The position numbers were made by a program, and so were the translations under genes. DNA of 63,950 bases. Source: Malacoraja senta. Taxonomy: Eukaryota. Below, piece by piece: positions 13,046-25,749 of the stretch (positions within the stretch are counted from its first letter, which is position 1; each line of letters begins with the position of its first letter). The stretch lies in assembly GCA_038087875.1 (NCBI GenBank), contig JAXLNO010003741.1, forward strand, positions 310,001-373,950. Direction: 5' to 3'. A model generated the notes under the pieces. It ran no database searches and was not told the DNA's origin. It saw only the letters and a program-made list of their open reading frames with translations.

Positions 13046-13060
13046 GCGCCATCTAGTGGC
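13046..13060 (-). promoter_or_regulatory. Putative CTCF insulator site
   Basis: GCGCCATCTAGTGGC is the reverse complement of GCCACTAGATGGCGC, a near-consensus CTCF core. It lies between the TRIM gene and the GPCR array. Confidence 0.55.
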
Positions 13061-14212
13061 ATCGAGGATGTGATGGACGCACCAACAGACCAGTTCGCCA
13101 GAATTTGGAAAAGACAAACGAATCTGATTACGTTGCAAGGAGGCCGGGAAATATTAGCTCTGTCTCCTTTCCCACGGGTGTAGCCTGGTCGGCACCTTTA
13201 TATCAGATTTTATATTTCAGATTTCATATTTACCGCATGTAACTTGTTCTATTATTTTCACCCAACATCCTCCCGGCGCTAAGCACCTATCAGTGTAATT
13301 AGAAACTAATCGCACTTTATTCTTGCCTCAATACAATCAATTCGCTCTCTAGATGCAACCACGCACTACTGACATCTTGCCTGTTAATTTACTAATCCGC
13401 ATGTCTCTAGGATGCGAGGGACGGACGGAAGCGAAACTCCCGGGAAAACCCACGCATTCACATGGAGAAGGTGCAAACTTCATGGAGACAGTCGGAGGTC
13501 AGGATCGAAACTGGGTCGCTGTACCTGTGTGGTGACATCACTTGGAGTTATGTAGCTCGACTAGCTGACAAATACTACCGTCGTTCTATCCGTGGCATTT
13601 GAAATGCTAATGGAACTGAAATGTTGTCATGCTATGTGTATCCACGACCACCTCTACAATGCATCCAGATTTTGCGCATTATATTCCTGAAATCCACTTT
13701 AAATGTCCCACACCTCACGATAAACCTTTACTCCCTAGTAATAGACATATCTGTCCTCTGCCACTTCTGTTCATAACCCCCACCCCGCGCCGTTCCAATT
13801 TTACATAGGTCTAAGAGCCTCCCCCAGCATAATCCACTCTAAAGGAAACGCCGCTGCTTATCCACCTCCCCTCATAGACGAGATAATCTACCCTAGGCAA
13901 ACAACTTGGTAAATGACCAAAACTACATCTTCATTCAGAGTGGCGACCAGAACTGTGCACGGAATTCCACCGGCGGCCTACACACGTGTTATATATTTGC
14001 TCCATATCCTACTTCCATTCATATTCTGCGGCTGGTCTACGAACCCCAAGCACCTCCCTACTTTCTTATGTGCTGGGAGGAACTGCGGGTGCTGATTTAA
14101 ACCGAAGATAGACACAAAATGCTGAGGAACTCAGCGGGACAGGCAGCAACTCTGGAGAGAAGGCATGGGTGACGTTTCGGATCGGGACCCTTTGTCAGAC
14201 TGGGGTCAGTCC

Positions 14213-14645
14213 NNNNNNNNNNNNNNNNNNNNNNNNNNNNNNNNNNNNNNNNNNNNNNNNNNNNNNNNNNNNNNNNNNNNNNNNNNNNNNNNNNNNNNNN
14301 NNNNNNNNNNNNNNNNNNNNNNNNNNNNNNNNNNNNNNNNNNNNNNNNNNNNNNNNNNNNNNNNNNNNNNNNNNNNNNNNNNNNNNNNNNNNNNNNNNNN
14401 NNNNNNNNNNNNNNNNNNNNNNNNNNNNNNNNNNNNNNNNNNNNNNNNNNNNNNNNNNNNNNNNNNNNNNNNNNNNNNNNNNNNNNNNNNNNNNNNNNNN
14501 NNNNNNNNNNNNNNNNNNNNNNNNNNNNNNNNNNNNNNNNNNNNNNNNNNNNNNNNNNNNNNNNNNNNNNNNNNNNNNNNNNNNNNNNNNNNNNNNNNNN
14601 NNNNNNNNNNNNNNNNNNNNNNNNNNNNNNNNNNNNNNNNNNNNN
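14213..14645. other. Assembly gap (N run)
   Basis: Run of N. ORFs spanning it are artefacts. Confidence 1.
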
Positions 14646-14669
14646 GTATTGTGTGAGACTGTGTATCTA

Positions 14670-14965
14670 TGTTTCAAGGTTCAAGGTTTCAAGGTCAGTT
14701 TATTGTCACATGTACCAATTAAGGTCCAATGAAATTCGAGTTACCAAACAGCCAAACTGAGGGAAAAGCAACAAAACACACAACCACATAAAAGTTAACA
14801 GAAACATCCCTCACATTGGATTCCATATTCCTCACTGTAATGGAAGGCAATAAAGTTCAATCTGCTTCCTCTTGTTCACGCGCTCCCGGGGCAGTCAAAC
14901 CATTCGCAGCCGAGTCGGTCAAAGCCCCCGCAGCCGACGATAGAAGCCCCCGTCGGGGTGATCGA
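14670..14965 (-). mobile_element. 3' end of a GC-rich non-autonomous retroposon (same family as 31771-32465 and 37097-37970)
   Basis: TTCAAGG repeat tail followed by TTTATTGTCACATG, and a shared ATTCCTCACTGT.ATGGAAGGC.ATAAAGTTCAA block. Confidence 0.55.
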
Positions 14966-15923
14966 CTCAGGAGTGTGTATATTTCTCGATGTGTAAATGT
15001 GTGCGTGTTCCTCGTGCACATGTGTAGGGAAGACATGTAGCGCTATGGCAAGAAATGATGTTACATAAAAGCATTCATGAAGGAAATAGTACTGAATATC
15101 ACAAATGAGAAACAAAACAGAATTAGTACACTAGAAGCCTCTGGAGAAAAGTAGTTGGTGGCGTTTCGGTTGGAGACCCTGCTTCAGAAAAGAGACTGAA
15201 AAATATTCTCGACCCGAAATGTAATCTGTGCCTTTTCCCCCAGAGACGCTGCCTGACCCGTTGAGTTACACGAGCATGTCGTGTCTGTCTTCAGTGTAAA
15301 CCAGCACATGCAGTTCCTTCCTGCACATTGGAGACCTCGACGTCTTTCACCCTTCTTAGCACATAGAACAGTAAAGCATAGGAACAAGTCACTCAGCGAA
15401 AATGTTCCCTGCTGAACATGATGCCAAGCTGAACTAAACTCGCACGTGTGTCATATGCCTTTATTTCCTGCACATCCACCTGCCTATCTGAAAATAGTTT
15501 AATGCCCCATCATGTCTGTTACCACGACCATCAACGACAGCGCGTTTCAAACGCCTACCACTCTGCGTGGAAAACGTGCCCAACACATTTCGCTTAGACT
15601 TTGCCCAGAAGGCGAAACATTATTCAGTCATCAGAAAACAAAGAATGGATGTAATCTGATGTAATTTAAAAAACGCTGGGGCAGGTTTTCAGGTTCATTG
15701 ATTTTAATGCAACATCTTTATTTCTTGCAATGAGATGGAAATATGAAGATTACACTGTGTCGATCGCTTTATTTCACGGCAGCTTACAAACTGAACCGAG
15801 AAAATTGACGCAAAAATAGCAGGTAAACGAGGAGTCCTATTCCATGAGTCCACTCTGGGTGAAATCGAGAGCATAGAACAGCACGATCTTGTGGAAGAAT
15901 AAAGCGAAGGGCAGCGTCACATC

Positions 15924-16819
15924 TCATCTGGTTCCAGACCACTGCCGCGCCAGTTTCATAGGGTTACTAACCGCGTTTTTCACTTCCTGTCTGAACGTAC
16001 TCTGGGTCATCCCATAGATACAAGTGTTCGCGCAGGAGCTGATGCGCATGAGCAAGACGCCCACTTCATTGGCGAGGTAAGAGGGGCTTGTTTGATCCCC
16101 GCCCACGAAGTTCTCTGTGACACGAGTGGAAATGTAGGTCACAGTTGACGTTGTCCACAGCAGTATGTAGGCGCCGGACACCGTGAACAGTAAAATAATG
16201 GACTTTGTCCGTTTCTCTGTCTCAGTGTCCTTGCCATCCAGTGCCTTCAGGCGCCGGCGGACTCTGCTGGCCGCAACGATGTTCCTGACCGTCAACCCGT
16301 TAAACAATAAAACCAGAAGGAAGGGGAGGAAGGAGAGAGAGATGCTGCACATCCACGAGAAAGCCACCCACCAGATGGAGGTGAAGTAGGCGGGTTTGGG
16401 TCGGCACCCCCACTTGACACTGTCCATAGTGAAGCGTGACTCGTACATGAAGTTAAAGGGGATGTACTTTATGCAGCACAGCGCGCACATGGACACAATG
16501 ACCACGGCGGCCGTCCTATCCGTGCAATAGATGAGTCTCAGCTTCGGGCAGCAAATGCTGACAAAACGGTCAAAGGTGAAGGACACTGTTAACCAGACGG
16601 AATAGTCCACGATGACGATCCGCAGGTACACATTAGAAGGACAAACTGCGCTGAGGGAGAGGAAGGAGTTAGGGACGTAGTAAATGTAGATTTCCCGGAG
16701 TAACACGTGTAAGATTATAACGAGAAGGTCGGAGATTGCCATCGCCACCATGTAACGGGTGATTCCTCTGGAGAGCCCGCACTTTCCCCGGTGTAGGATC
16801 GCAGCCGTCAGCACGTTCG
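15924..16819 (-). CDS. GPR139/GPR142-like class A GPCR, copy A, exon 2 (spliced protein 321 aa with exon 18956-19025)
   Basis: Open 7TM frame: MVAMAISDLL (TM2), VCP, FTFDRFVSICCP (DRF), KYIP, WGC (ECL2 Cys), SCANTCIY (TM7). Acceptor TTCTTCCTTCAG|CG AAC GTG, phase 1. Confidence 0.9.
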
Positions 16820-17009
16820 CTGAAGGAAGAACAAAAATGCAATGGAATTAATATTTGAATGGAACCATCATTTAATGGAATTAAGATTAGGTTTGGGGGC
16901 TGCAAGAAAGCATGAGGGGATCAGATACGGTGAATGGACAAGAGCCACGTGATATCGAGTTAGAGTCGAGAATAAATGGGGCATTGGGGTAAAGTCTATT
17001 TTAATGGGG

Positions 17010-17262
17010 AGTCTTATTCCACGAGTCCGTTCTGGGTGAAATCGAGAGCACAGAACAGCACGATCTTGTGGAAGAATAAAGCGAAGTCGGCGTCACATCC
17101 CAAGTCTGGTTCCAGGCCACTGCGGCGCCAGTTTCTTGGGTTTACTAATAACCCCGGTTAAATATTTAAGCGCGTTCTTCACTTCCTGTCTGAACGTACT
17201 CTGGATCATCCTATAGATATACGCGTTGGAACACGGGCATAAACAAGGGATGTACTTCACAT
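17010..17262 (-). pseudogene. Internally deleted GPCR exon-2 remnant (TM4 KYIP fused to TM7/C-tail and 3'UTR) inside the intron of copy A
   Basis: ORF 17093-17389 ends VKYIPCLCPCSNAYIYRMIQSTFRQEVKNALK...QWPGTR. DNA 17010-17225 aligns to 15832-16030. Confidence 0.8.
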
Positions 17263-18955
17263 GAAGCTTTACCACAGAGAGGGCGGTGGGTGTAAGGAAT
17301 GGGCTGGTAGATGAGGTATTTGAGGTAGATAATAAAACATCATTTGAAACGCATTTGGGCAAATTCGAAGACAGGAACGTTTCCGACAAATGTGAGTTAA
17401 AAGCGTGTCAATGGGACAAGTGTAGATGGGGCATCGTGGACGGAATGAACAAATTGGATCGAAGGCTCTACTTCCGCGCTGTATTACTTTATGAATGATG
17501 ACATTCAACGAGACGGACCACAAAAGGTGCTCAATTGGAGTTCAAAGCGTTCGTTGCCGCACGTCATTCAATACCATTTTGCATAGGCAGAGTGATTATA
17601 TCAGCTTCATTTAAAAAACAGTGTAATCATGTCGCCAGTCCCAAAATACTCTCGAAACTCCAATATAAGGTCATCAATCTGAAAAGAAAACTCTGTATCT
17701 TTGCAAGACAAGAAAAAAAGCTAAACAATCTGGAAACGGGCTTTAGGTCCAAGATCTCAATCTGTAAAATGCTCACGCTTTAGCTCCAAGACTCATCAGC
17801 TGGTCTGACGGTGACCATCAGAGATTGAAGGGATGGTCTTTGAACTGAAACACCAACCCGTGATCTGCCCCTTTCTGTTTTCTAGCACATCCTATTTCTA
17901 TTTCAGGTTTAGGCAATCTCTCGCGTTCTAATTAAACCACTTCAATTTCTCCTTCTGCTCTTTAAAATCATTTTGGTTTCGTTATCAATCAAATTGGCAA
18001 GCAGAGAGAAAACTAAGGGATCTGGATAACTGAAATGGGAAAGGTATTGCTGAAAATACTCGGGCTGTAGGTGATGGAGAGTGAGACGAGGTGCAGCATT
18101 TCGGCGAACTCGTTTTACGATGCAGTGAAGAGGGTGGCTTTGGAGAGATTTAAGTGGTGCCTGCGTTGACAACCGACAAGGGAGCCGGAATAGACGGAAG
18201 CAGTTGTGCTGTCTGAGCGAGGGTGAAGGTTTATTATTGGCTGGTGATAGTGGAGGAGGACAGGACACAGAAGGCAGATTAAGATTCCTTCACCTATAAT
18301 CAGCGGCATCATCACCACTTTGTCCTTTTGTCTCACTTGGTCACCAACTTGTACCCCACACTCACCACTCGCCTATTCGTTAACAATCAACTCCAATATG
18401 TTGGAAGCACGAATAACTGCAGACGTTGGAGTAGCTCATTCGGTCATGGAATCTGAAGAAAGATCCTGACCCGAAACGTCGGCTATCCATGTCCGCCAGA
18501 GATGCCGCATGACCCGCTGACGTACTCCAGTACTTTAGGATCCAATGTAATGTTCTCGGTCTTTTTACAAACACTTCCTTATCAATATCTCCTTCTCCGG
18601 CGCTACAGACCTGTGAGCCCCACCATCCTTGAATTCTGACCTCTTGAAAAACTTATCAGTTTAGTTATTCCAATATTCCGTTCTTTGGAGAGTCAAGTTC
18701 CCGTTTACCCCCATTTACGAAGCTGCTTTCATTCAACCCGCTGTCCAACCGTTCTACGTCTATCCGAATATCTTCTATTCTGTTCCCTGTCCATTTGATT
18801 GTGCATTGCGACGCTACGGCGATGCGTATTCGGATGATTTGGCTGTACTGATCGGAGTACAGTTTGTTGTTGTGCAGGGGGTTACGAAAAAGTACTCACG
18901 CCCGGTAGAGTTGAATCAGAGCAGCAACGCATTAAGCGACTCAATCACAGCTTAC

Positions 18956-19025
18956 CAGGGATACCAAACGCCGCCAGGATCGGATAGATGATTTCATTGA
19001 CGTACAGAATTGCTGCCCGTCCCAT
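18956..19025 (-). CDS. GPCR copy A exon 1 (MGRAAILYVNEIIYPILAAFGIP)
   Basis: 70 nt from ATG to CCT G|GTAAG donor. Homologous 70-nt exons at 38145, 41354 and 47458. Completes TM1 in frame (GIP-A-NVLT). Confidence 0.85.
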
Positions 19026-19084
19026 CTGGAAGAGTCCCAGTGTCGGCGTTAAGTCCGGGGAGCACAATTGAGCAACAGCGCGCT

Positions 19085-19215
19085 TCAGATGTTCATTAAT
19101 ACTCCCGCCAATTCTCCAGTGGGGTCCGGGGAATGACGGAACCCAAATATTAGTCACACTCTCTTGAACAAACACGTTTCTTTCCACACAATATGAAGTA
19201 ATTTCACATCCCGTG
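19085..19215 (-). promoter_or_regulatory. Conserved GPCR proximal promoter block (copy A)
   Basis: TGTTTGTT..GTGACTAAT..CCACTGGAG..GAGTATTAATGA order is shared upstream of all four exon-1 copies. Confidence 0.55.
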
Positions 19216-20989
19216 GTGGAGGAATGCTTGATGTGTAGATTAATGTATCGCTCTAGATTTAAGTTACAACGTGAAGCGCCTTTGGCGGGTCATGAGTCAC
19301 TTGGTTCACGCGGCGAACGGCTAAGCTGAAGTTGGAGGCCGTTAACACAATTAAATCCGAAATATAACCCGCCATTTATCACAGGCGAATCCACAGAAAA
19401 TGGAAAGGGATAAAGACAATGGTTTGCTTAAATTGTAAATTCAAAAGTACTAATCAGTATTGGAATTCGACGATTCAGAGCGTGAAAGTCACGCGGTGGG
19501 AGTAATGCCGACCAAATCCAAGTCCGAATTCGAGATGTGTCACAGTGGCCAATATATGTATTGTTCCTGGTAACATCGCCTCATTAAATCTGTGTGTTGT
19601 CCATTTCAAGGAAAGGGGACACATTTTCGTTCAAAAGCAAAACAAACACACCGTGGTAGGTTTAAAATTAAATCAGAATGACTAAAAATATTCAGCTGAT
19701 CGGGCACCATCTACAGAGCGAGATGAGATTTCAAGCTGAATATTTTCCATTCTGTAGAAGGGTACCGAACATTCTCCAGGCTTGACCGGCCCGTTTCCAA
19801 GCTGTATCTCCAAACAAACAAAGAACAATAGGTCGTGATTCACTCGAGGAACTAATCTCTTGGCCTCCAGTGAGCGGGAAACTTTCCGCTGTGCACGTCT
19901 GGAGGGAAGCTGATAAGATGTACAGAAGTTCTCGGGGTGGGGGGGGGAGTATTGACTGGGAAAGTCGGAAAGTATGCACCGAAGATAAGACAAATATGTG
20001 ACGCCTTGGACGAGCGCGCGTAACGGGAAGGGTTCTGCGCTGAGTCTCTTTCTCAAGGTTAACCGACGCTAGTTTACGAAGTTTGTGAAAGATGTTTAGG
20101 AAATCTTTCTTCGGTGGTGTGTTTCTGGTCAACGCGGTCGAGTTGCTGCAAATGGTTCTGGGAAACAAGCCAGGTAAAGGGGGGAGAGGGTCGCTGGAAC
20201 ATGTGGAAAGAGAGGTAAAAATGCAAAGCGTATAATAGACCGAAAAGAGCATGTCATAGCAAAGTACAATAAAGAAGATAATAAAACCATGCAATGGCTG
20301 CAACGCAGAATGGGGGAATTCGGTTATCGTATCCACGTTGGGTCTTTCTGGGCAATTTGGAAACATGCCGTTTTCAATGGAATGGAAATAGGTTCGACTA
20401 GGGAAATTTGTAATGTAAGCTTGCCGTGCGAAATAGGAATCGAACAATGGAAAGCCTTCAAGACTAACTTCCTTCAGAGAATCATATTTGTCTCCACTCA
20501 TAGAGTGATAGAGACAGTTACACAGCAGATAGACAGGCCTTTAGCCGCAGCATACGTGTGCCGACCAAGCTTCCTTCATGATAGAGTCACATTTGCCTGT
20601 TCTGGGCCCACATCCTGCAATTGTTTTCCAATCCATGACACTGCCAAATGCCTTTTAAACGTTGTAATTGCATTTACCTTCAACACTTGCTGGCACCTAT
20701 TTCCGTACACAAATCACAATATCTGCATCAATTTGCATTAAACATTCCCCAACCCAATTGCCCAAATGATCAAGATCCTGCTGCAATTTCTGATAACCAT
20801 TTTCACTGTCTACCATAAAACTATTTTCGTGTCGAGATTGCAGAAACCTCCATCAGATCATCCCTCAGTCTTGTTCGCTCAGGGAAAACAGTCCCTGTAA
20901 TCAACTCTCTCCTCATAACTCAAGCACTCCCATCCCGGATAAATTTTCCTGAATATTTCCACATCCTCTCTACCTTAATTTCATCATTC

Positions 20990-21880
20990 TTGTATTATGG
21001 CTGGACCTACTCATGATATTGTGAAATACAAATGACTGAAGTGTTGGTGAGCAAACCTTCTGGGAGGAGCGATCACTGTTCTAATACATTCATGATATTT
21101 ATGGATAAAGACAGTGTAGGCCCACGAGTTAACTTTTAGAATATTGGCAAAGCTAATATTGATGGTATTAGATAATACATTGGTCAAATGGCCTATTTGT
21201 CGTCAAAAGAACGGCCGTTAAGCGGGATGTTCTCAAATGTGTGGTGGAAAGAGTTCAGGACATTCACCATCCTGGTAGAGTGACGGACAAACAGATGGGA
21301 ATGTGGAAGCCTGGATGGCAAGAGAAGTTGAGGCTCTAGCCGAGGAAAAAGTAGGAGTCAGGGAAACGAAGATTGGACCAACTGTATCCGACAGGAGGAG
21401 TTTGGGGAACTGAGGGGCATAGTTAAGGAAGCCAAGTTAACTACCGTGAACTGACATTGTCTTTCCAAATGCAGGTAGATCATATGTAACAGTAACGTTG
21501 CCACCACGGCTATGGATCGTTAGCCTTTGGATCACCGGATTGTCCTTGCAGCCGTTCTTAAATTATGGCGCAATCTTCCAATTGTCCAGTAATTCACCAT
21601 GACCAAGGGAGATAAGCAAATATCTGCCGGAGCACAAAGAATTGCTTTGCTTGCTTCCCAAAACGACTTGGAATGCATTTGGCCAGGCCCGGGAATTTGT
21701 GCATACTTATACTTCTCAAGATTGCAAACACCTCCTCTCCGGTAATAACAATATATTTGTTATGACACGACATCATCAGTCTCTTCCTTGAATCGCCTTG
21801 CTTCCATGAACTGCAAACAACACAGGGACAAACTATAATTGTTTAGGAGCAAGGACATATTCCGCAGCTCCATACACAGA
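20990..21880. mobile_element. Old degraded CR1 fragments (both orientations)
   Basis: Remnants of the CR1 endonuclease end (GGGAGGAGCGATCACTGTTC, GxSDH-like) and a minus-strand linker fragment (ORF 21594-21776). Confidence 0.5.
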
Positions 21881-21884
21881 TGAC

Positions 21885-23280
21885 CACACGTTTATTACGT
21901 CTACTGCAACCATTTCTCCTAATTTATTTACTGAGTCACGTGGGATTTTACTGCACCATATCTGCCAGGAATATCACATATTACAACTATATGCCGATGA
22001 TGCGGTGCTATATACATCTAGTACTAACAAGTCTGAAATTGAAAGAACCCTTCAATCAGATCTTACTTCTGTTCAGAAATGGCTATTATTTAACAAATTA
22101 ATTTTAAATAAAAATAAATCATGCAGTATGTTATTTGGTACCAGACAAGGCCTTGGTAATTCTGTAGATCTGACTATATCATTTAATGAAGGATCACCAT
22201 TAGAACAAGTATTGAACTTCAAATATCTTGGTGTTTGGCTCGACCCAACGCTTTCATTTACTAAAGTGAGACGATTACTAAAAAACGTAGCTCTAATCTA
22301 GCTATTCTTTACCGCCATATAAATTGTTTCACCTTTCAGATGAGAAAAAAAATTGTCTCTCAACTACTACTACCAACACTGGATTATGCTGATATTGTCT
22401 ATCAGAATACATTTGATATACATCTTCAACCCCTTAATGTAGTTTATAATAGTCTTTGCAGATTTATTTTAAGGTGTCCAGATATAACTCACCACTGTTC
22501 TATGTACGAAACTCTAAACTGGTTATCCCCCCACGCTCGAAGATGCTACCACTGCTTCCAGTTCATCTTTAAATGCATCCACCTTAATTACCCTTCTTAT
22601 TTAAAACAAGACCTATTACCATACACACCCTCATATTCACTAAGACATATTCAGCAACCCTTCTTTTTCATTCCAAGAACTAACAAAGAAATTGGGAGAC
22701 GTGCATTTAAATTCAAAGCTCCTTCTGACTGGAACACGCTGCCTAGTACCATAAGAACTATTAGCTCATTTCGTCTATTTAAAAATACACTTTTACTCTT
22801 CCTTATAAAACCATGTACCTGTTTCTAGTATTAGAGTCTTCGAGCTCCTTTATCTAGCTTGCTCTGAGTGTGATCAATTGGAATAACTATTGTATATGCA
22901 TGGCCATTACACTTATGTATTATTGTATTGCATAGTGTAACAAGGTCTTATATTGTATTATGTCACAATATCATGAAATAATATATTATATAATAATGTT
23001 GATAGTATGTATTAACGTATGATGTATGATAGGTGGTATATGGTATTGTGCACTAACATTATGCTGTAACACATAACTATTGTTATTTGGATATGTAAAG
23101 CTAATTAACAATTGTTATAAACTATAACAAGTGGGGATGGAGGGGTTTTGGGATTGGTGTGTGGGTAGGTGGGTCAAAGAGAGCCTCTATGTATGTTATG
23201 TCTTGTGCTGTATGTTCTATGTCGGACCCCCTCGAAAACGAGATGACTGTCCATCTCAAGGGGTTATCCATGAATAAACA
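21885..23280 (+). mobile_element. L2/Crack-clade LINE 3' part (RT C-terminal half plus 3'UTR)
   Basis: LYADDAVLY, LQSDL, NKLILNKNKS, FKYLGVWLD, LDYADIVY and GRRAFKFKAPSDWNTLP motifs, with frameshifts. A 3' stem-loop (CCCCTCGAAAACGAGATG..CATCTCAAGGGG) precedes AATAAA. Confidence 0.8.
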
Positions 23281-23568
23281 TTGCCCTTTTTGGCTCTCCG
23301 AAATTCCATCTTAAATGCAATCCTACGTGACTCTCAATGGATTCACGTGATGCCAGCTGCCGTTCCGTGACATATATTTCCTTCGTGTCCTGACCAGAGC
23401 TTCACTATACGAGGTCAGCCAGTGTTCTCACGTCCTGACTACATCGTCTTACGCTGTAGCACACGAATAGGGACTTACTGATCTCGAATTCTCTCTAACT
23501 CGCTTTTAAATTCCTCCAGTCAACATTCGCAGGTCGCCGGTGTAAAGTCATCAGAATTGGCCTCTCTC

Positions 23569-24156
23569 TGGGCTAATAATGGGAAAAAAGCTTATACTTA
23601 AATTCTGGAAAAATGCGCCCACACCAACAATAAAAATGTGGACATCAAATATGTTGGAAACATTACATCTGGAAGAGATGAGATTCCTCCTAGTAGGCAA
23701 AGTAGATCAATTTCAAAAGACGTGGTCTACGTTTTTGGACCTATTACAAGCATGAGGTGCAATAGTAATTTAGAAAAACAAATAAATAAATAAAAGGTAT
23801 CTGGACCTGGTAATGGGAGGTAAAATAAAAACAGACTTGGTTGGTAGTTCCTTCTCTATGAAGTATGGTATAAGAGTTATAATAGAGCGATTGTTCCTTC
23901 TTTCTTTCTCTTTTTTTTTCTAGGGTCTATTTTCTAACTTTACTTCCTTCTCTAACTTCTTTTCTAAGGGGCTTTCTTTTCCCAACACTCTTTTGCACTT
24001 CACAACCTTTGTGCACTTTCTTCACTTTTCTTACTTCTTTCTTTTTCTTTCTTAAAGTTTAAAAAAGTGAAGCGGTACAAAAAATGTATTAATATATACG
24101 TGTTGTACATTACTGTAATCTACCGTACTTCTAAAAAATAAAAAAAATAAAAAAAA
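23569..24156 (+). mobile_element. 5'-truncated L1 LINE with 16-bp target-site duplication
   Basis: Encodes GLIMGKKLILKFWKNAPTPTIKMW...WSTFLDLLQA*, homologous to the L1 C-terminus at 54285-54470. Poly(A) tail. TSD AGAATTGGCCTCTCTC at 23553-23568 and 24157-24172. Confidence 0.92.
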
Positions 24157-24539
24157 AGAATTGGCCTCTCTCCAATTTTCGTCTTTAACTTGTGGATGAG
24201 TTAATCTTTACATCACTATATTAAAATTAATAGAAGCATGGTAAACACAGAATAGGCCCTCGTCCACGATGTCCTTGCCGAACTTTATGCCAAGTTAATT
24301 TAACCTCTTCAGCCTTCACGTGTTCCATATGCCTCTATTCTTCCACATCTAGATGTATGTCTAAGAACATCTTAAATGTCAGCATCGTATTTTTTCCGCC
24401 GCCACCGTCGGCAGCACGTTGCAGTCTTTATAGAACAGAGAGCAGTACAGCGCGGGAACGGGCTCTGCGGCGCATAATGTTTGTGCCGAACATGATATCC
24501 CGCTGTAACTTCTGACAACCTATCCCATACATAGCACCG

Positions 24540-25745
24540 ATCCCATTGGAACTTCACAGACGTCCAGTCAGAATATGTATTTTCCACCACAACCCTCTGT
24601 CTTATGTGAATAAGCCAGTTCCAAATCCATATGAACAAGTCGTCGTAAATCCCATACTTCATCAATTTCAGGATCACCCTAGCTTGAGGGACATTGTCAA
24701 AAGTCTAGCTAAAATTAATGTGCAAAATCCACCGCTCGACCTTCATCAACCTCCTTCGTCACCTCCTCAAAAAACTCAATCAAATTAATGCAACATCACC
24801 AGTCGTCTGTGCAAAGCCACGTTGTCTATCTTTAATTAGACAATTTCTTCCAAATGGGGGTAAATACTATCTCCAATAATATCTCAAATAGTTTCCTTAC
24901 CAGTGGCATGTTTCCTGGATTTTCTCTACTTCCTTTCTTGAATGAAGGAATAACATTGGCGACTCTCCAGTCCTCCGGGACATGACCTGCTGCTAAAGAA
25001 TAAATACACATCCTCGCCAGGGCTCCGCAATGTCCTCTCTTGCCTCCCTCAATAACCTGGGAACGATCCAGTCAGGCCCTGGAACATTATTCACCATAAA
25101 GTTCTTCAATAGCATCAGCACCACCTCTATCTCAATCTCAAATTGCCTCAGCATATTTGTTGCTCTATACTGATATCACTTTCCTCCAAGTCCTCGGTGA
25201 ATACAGATGCAAGGTATTCATTAATTACCTCACCTACATTCTCCAACACGCATAAACTCCCTCCCATGTCTTTATTGTATCCTACCATTACCAATTTCAT
25301 TGTCACCCTCATATTTTTAACATACGTACAGAATGCGTTGGGATTTTATTCAATAAGCCTAAGTGTGCATGACATTTTGTGGTCCCTTCTGGCCTTTCTA
25401 ATTGCCCGCTTGAGCTTTGACCTACTCGCTTTATATTCCTAGTAAGTTCCGTCTGATTCCACCGGTATAAACTGCGTATAAACTTCCTTTTCTTCTGCAC
25501 ATAGTGAACGACCTCCTTAGTGAACAACGAGTCACTGACGCTCCGCAGTCGCCCAAATGTCGCCCAAGTGGGACAGGCCCTTTAGTTTGTCATCCTGATC
25601 CCAGCTTCTTACCGGAACATGCCGATCCTGCACCTTGATCAGCTGACATTTCAAATCCTCCCACATGACATCTGTGACTTTACCCAATAACAACGGATCA
25701 CAATCTCGCGTCCCTAACTTCTGCCCAATGATTCCGTCCAAGAAG
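24540..25745 (-). mobile_element. Degraded CR1 LINE fragment
   Basis: ORF 24372-24677 contains WIWNWLIHIRQRVVV (CR1 RT-like). Multiple stops. Confidence 0.6.
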
Positions 25746-25749
25746 ACCG

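Noticed and set aside
14165-14732. Long ORFs containing X runs (also 33590-34066 and 34340-34862)
   Set aside because: Artefacts of N gaps.
16183-16389. Antisense ORFs over GPCR exons (also 43655-43966, 49530-49748, 60304-60615)
   Set aside because: Shadow frames of conserved coding sequence. Their recurrence just reflects paralogy.
19731-20501. 256-aa minus-strand ORF
   Set aside because: No recognisable domain, and part overlaps degraded CR1-like sequence on the other strand (ORF 20289-20741, WKAFK). Likely chance.
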